Assembly (NCBI GenBank): GCA_945890715.1 | Contig: CAMDCX010000005.1 | Location: forward strand, 2,478 to 66,477 | Reading direction: 5' to 3' | From: PVC group bacterium | GTDB taxonomy: Bacteria; Verrucomicrobiota; Kiritimatiellia; CAIKKV01; CAITUY01 | DNA length: 64,000 nucleotides | Part shown: in pieces, positions 62,228 through 64,000 of the stretch | Layout: each line of letters begins with the position of its first letter | How positions within the stretch are numbered: the stretch's first letter is position 1 | Notes under the pieces: generated by a model | What the model saw: the letters and a program-made list of their open reading frames with translations, nothing else | Told to the model about the DNA's origin: nothing | Databases searched by the model: none | Position numbers and translations under genes: made by a program

Positions 62228-63014
62228 TGCGCAATCTGATCGGGGACGGCGGCACGCCTTGACATGGGGATTGTTTTTGCTTTTGCTGGTGATGAGCTTG
62301 ACCGCTTGGCTTGCTTCCCGGATACGGGACATTGATGTGGCCTCTGCCAGCACTGCCGATCTGCGGCAGGACTTGCCGGAGCGCGTGGGGGGGTGGGGTT
62401 CGGTTTCTATATTGTATTGTCAAAATGAGCAGTGTATGGGCTCCTTTCTGCAGAGCGAGTTAAATGCAGGGGGGCATTGCCCTCGCTGTGAGGGCCGGTT
62501 GGATCAAGTTTCCCTCGGCGAGCGCAATATCCTTCCGCCTGACACGATTATTTCCAGGCGGCTTTACCATAACGACCGGGAGGAACGGATAACGGTAACG
62601 ATTGTTTTGGCTGGTAGCGAGCAGCGTAGCATTCATCGTCCCCAGCAGTGCCTGCCCGCGCAGGGATTTGCAATTGAACGTACCTCCCGTTTCAGCGTGC
62701 CGCTGGAAGGCCGGGCGCCTCTTCAATTGACTTTGATTCAAGCTCGCAAGGGAGCCTCCACTGAACGTGCAGTGCCGAAAATGTTGATGGCTTATTGGTT
62801 TTCAGGAGGGGGGCATGAAACGCCAGATCATTTTCAGCGGATGGCGTTTATGGCGTGGGATAACCTGATTCATGGGGTTCGGTCGCGATGGGCGTACGTC
62901 TCTTTTCAGGCCTCCTCATCCGATATGGCACAGGATGCGGAACAACGTCTTGCGGAGTTTATTCGTCAGCTCTATCCCCTGTTGAAGCCAACCCCGCTCC
63001 CCGCTCGTCAATAG
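62217..63014 (+). CDS. Exosortase-associated EpsI-family protein with an inserted CxxC...CxxC segment
   Basis: Overlaps the exosortase by 11 nt. Has one N-terminal TM segment. ...IHRPQQCLPAQGFAI... matches the EpsI core. It carries the insert YCQNEQCMGSFLQSELNAGGHCPRCEG. Confidence 0.75.
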   Translation: MRNDAQSDRGRRHALTWGLFLLLLVMSLTAWLASRIRDIDVASASTADLRQDLPERVGGWGSVSILYCQNEQCMGSFLQSELNAGGHCPRCEGRLDQVSLGERNILPPDTIISRRLYHNDREERITVTIVLAGSEQRSIHRPQQCLPAQGFAIERTSRFSVPLEGRAPLQLTLIQARKGASTERAVPKMLMAYWFSGGGHETPDHFQRMAFMAWDNLIHGVRSRWAYVSFQASSSDMAQDAEQRLAEFIRQLYPLLKPTPLPARQ

Positions 63015-64000
63015 GCGCCCTTGGCAAACAGCACCACGCCGATAGTGCGCAGGATGATCTTCAGATCCAGGATGATGTTCTGGTTACGAAGATAATAGTC
63101 GTCCAGGATGCACATGTTGTGGAAGCTGATGTCGCTCCGTCCGGAGACCTGCCACAGGCATGTTAAGCCCGGCAACCCGCTGTGCCGGCTGTAGTGCCAC
63201 TCCTCGTAGTAGTTTTCGAAATCCCGCCTGGGCAAGGGGCGCGGCCCGACCAGGGTCATCTCGCCCTTTACCACATTAATCAACTGCGGTAGCTCGTCCA
63301 GGCTGAATCTCCGCAGAAATCGTCCCACGCCCGTTACCCGAGGGTCACGCTTGATCTTGAAGAGGCCCTCCCCGGATTCATTGAATTCCTCAATCTGTGC
63401 CTGCAGTTCCTCGGCTCGGTCGTGCATGGTTCGGAATTTATACATCCGGAAGGGAGTCCGGTTGACTCCGATCCGATCCTGCATGAAAAATGCCGGGCCA
63501 GGGCCGGAGAGTTTGATCAGGAAGGCGATGAACAGCATAAAGGGGAGGGTAAGCACCAGGCCTGCCGCCGCCAAAGTTCTGAAGAATAACTGGCGGATCC
63601 GGTGCCCCGGCAACCCGGCGGGCGACACGGCGAAATGAACCAGGGGAAGTTCCATGAAAAAGTCGGTGGCCACTCCCGCCTCGTTGATTAAGACGTTGAG
63701 TTTGTCGGATAAGATTTTTACTTCCTGTTCGAGCGTTTCGCCGAGTTCAAGCAATTGCATGATCTGCGACACGCTAAGCTGCTTTTCGGCGCAGAGAATC
63801 ATGTGGGTGTTGTTGCTCGCCACAAGGACTTTGATCTGTTCCAGAAGGAGGGTGATCGTCAGCGGCTGGGTGATGGGTAATCTGGCGACCACTTCCAAAC
63901 CTTCGGGATGCTTCACGGTAATGTAGCGGTCAATGAACTCGGCTTCTGGACCTTCTCCGATTATTAGTACCCTGCAGACGGAAAGTTTAGAGTGGTTGAG
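63008..64000 (-). CDS. Polyprenyl-phosphate glycosylphosphotransferase (bacterial sugar transferase, EpsB/WcaJ-like); N-terminus outside the window
   Basis: The C-terminal domain contains ...MYKFRTM...DPRVTGVGRFLRRFSLDELPQLINVVKGEMTLVGPRP.... The reading frame stays open beyond the M at 63916 (…VLIIGEGPEAEFIDRYITVKHPEG…) to the window end. Confidence 0.8.
   Translation of the reverse strand, partial: LNHSKLSVCRVLIIGEGPEAEFIDRYITVKHPEGLEVVARLPITQPLTITLLLEQIKVLVASNNTHMILCAEKQLSVSQIMQLLELGETLEQEVKILSDKLNVLINEAGVATDFFMELPLVHFAVSPAGLPGHRIRQLFFRTLAAAGLVLTLPFMLFIAFLIKLSGPGPAFFMQDRIGVNRTPFRMYKFRTMHDRAEELQAQIEEFNESGEGLFKIKRDPRVTGVGRFLRRFSLDELPQLINVVKGEMTLVGPRPLPRRDFENYYEEWHYSRHSGLPGLTCLWQVSGRSDISFHNMCILDDYYLRNQNIILDLKIILRTIGVVLFAKGAY

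Overview
This is a chromosomal segment of a moderately GC-rich Gram-negative bacterium. The gene content (autotransporter-associated beta-strand repeat proteins, an FGE-sulfatase domain protein, exosortase/EpsI, YYHV-type Y1 transposase-like genes) suggests a PVC-group organism (Verrucomicrobiota/Kiritimatiellota-like); that assignment is inference only. Gene order, left to right: (1) The end of a TonB-dependent receptor, a small toxin-antitoxin pair and a truncated DNA methylase. (2) A minus-strand rhamnogalacturonan (pectin) locus: AraC regulator, secreted glycine-rich protein, 1385-aa modular PL4-type lyase, GH105 hydrolase. (3) A decayed plasticity zone at about 9.4-15 kb. It holds two diverged, catalytically gutted IS200/RAYT-like (Y1) gene scaffolds bounded by REP-like inverted repeats. 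One carries an inverted-repeat-flanked four-helix-bundle (23S-IVS/Avd family) gene and the other an FGE-domain protein. A 166-bp MITE/REPIN-like derivative lies at 1.7 kb, and four host genes are truncated at the element edges. (4) O-methyltransferase, cobT and a pterin-binding methyltransferase. (5) A tightly overlapped minus-strand envelope-glycan operon. (6) A housekeeping block: rpsU, rpe, lepA, lepB, nadE, tRNA-Leu(CAG). (7) A CrtI-like desaturase, a UbiB kinase, DUF2141, the SxtJ/carbamoyltransferase/DUF5989 trio, mnmA, apt, DJ-1, a Zn-peptidase, a B12-radical SAM protein and carB. (8) A roughly 17-kb exopolysaccharide locus (47.3-64 kb) with flippase, polymerase, several GT and methyltransferase genes, a GT39-like enzyme, exosortase, EpsI and a priming sugar transferase. 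The most unusual item is the REP-bounded, cargo-carrying RAYT-derived element family. No CRISPR array, rRNA or riboswitch was recognised. The ORF track uses non-ATG starts, and several starts were re-assigned by eye.
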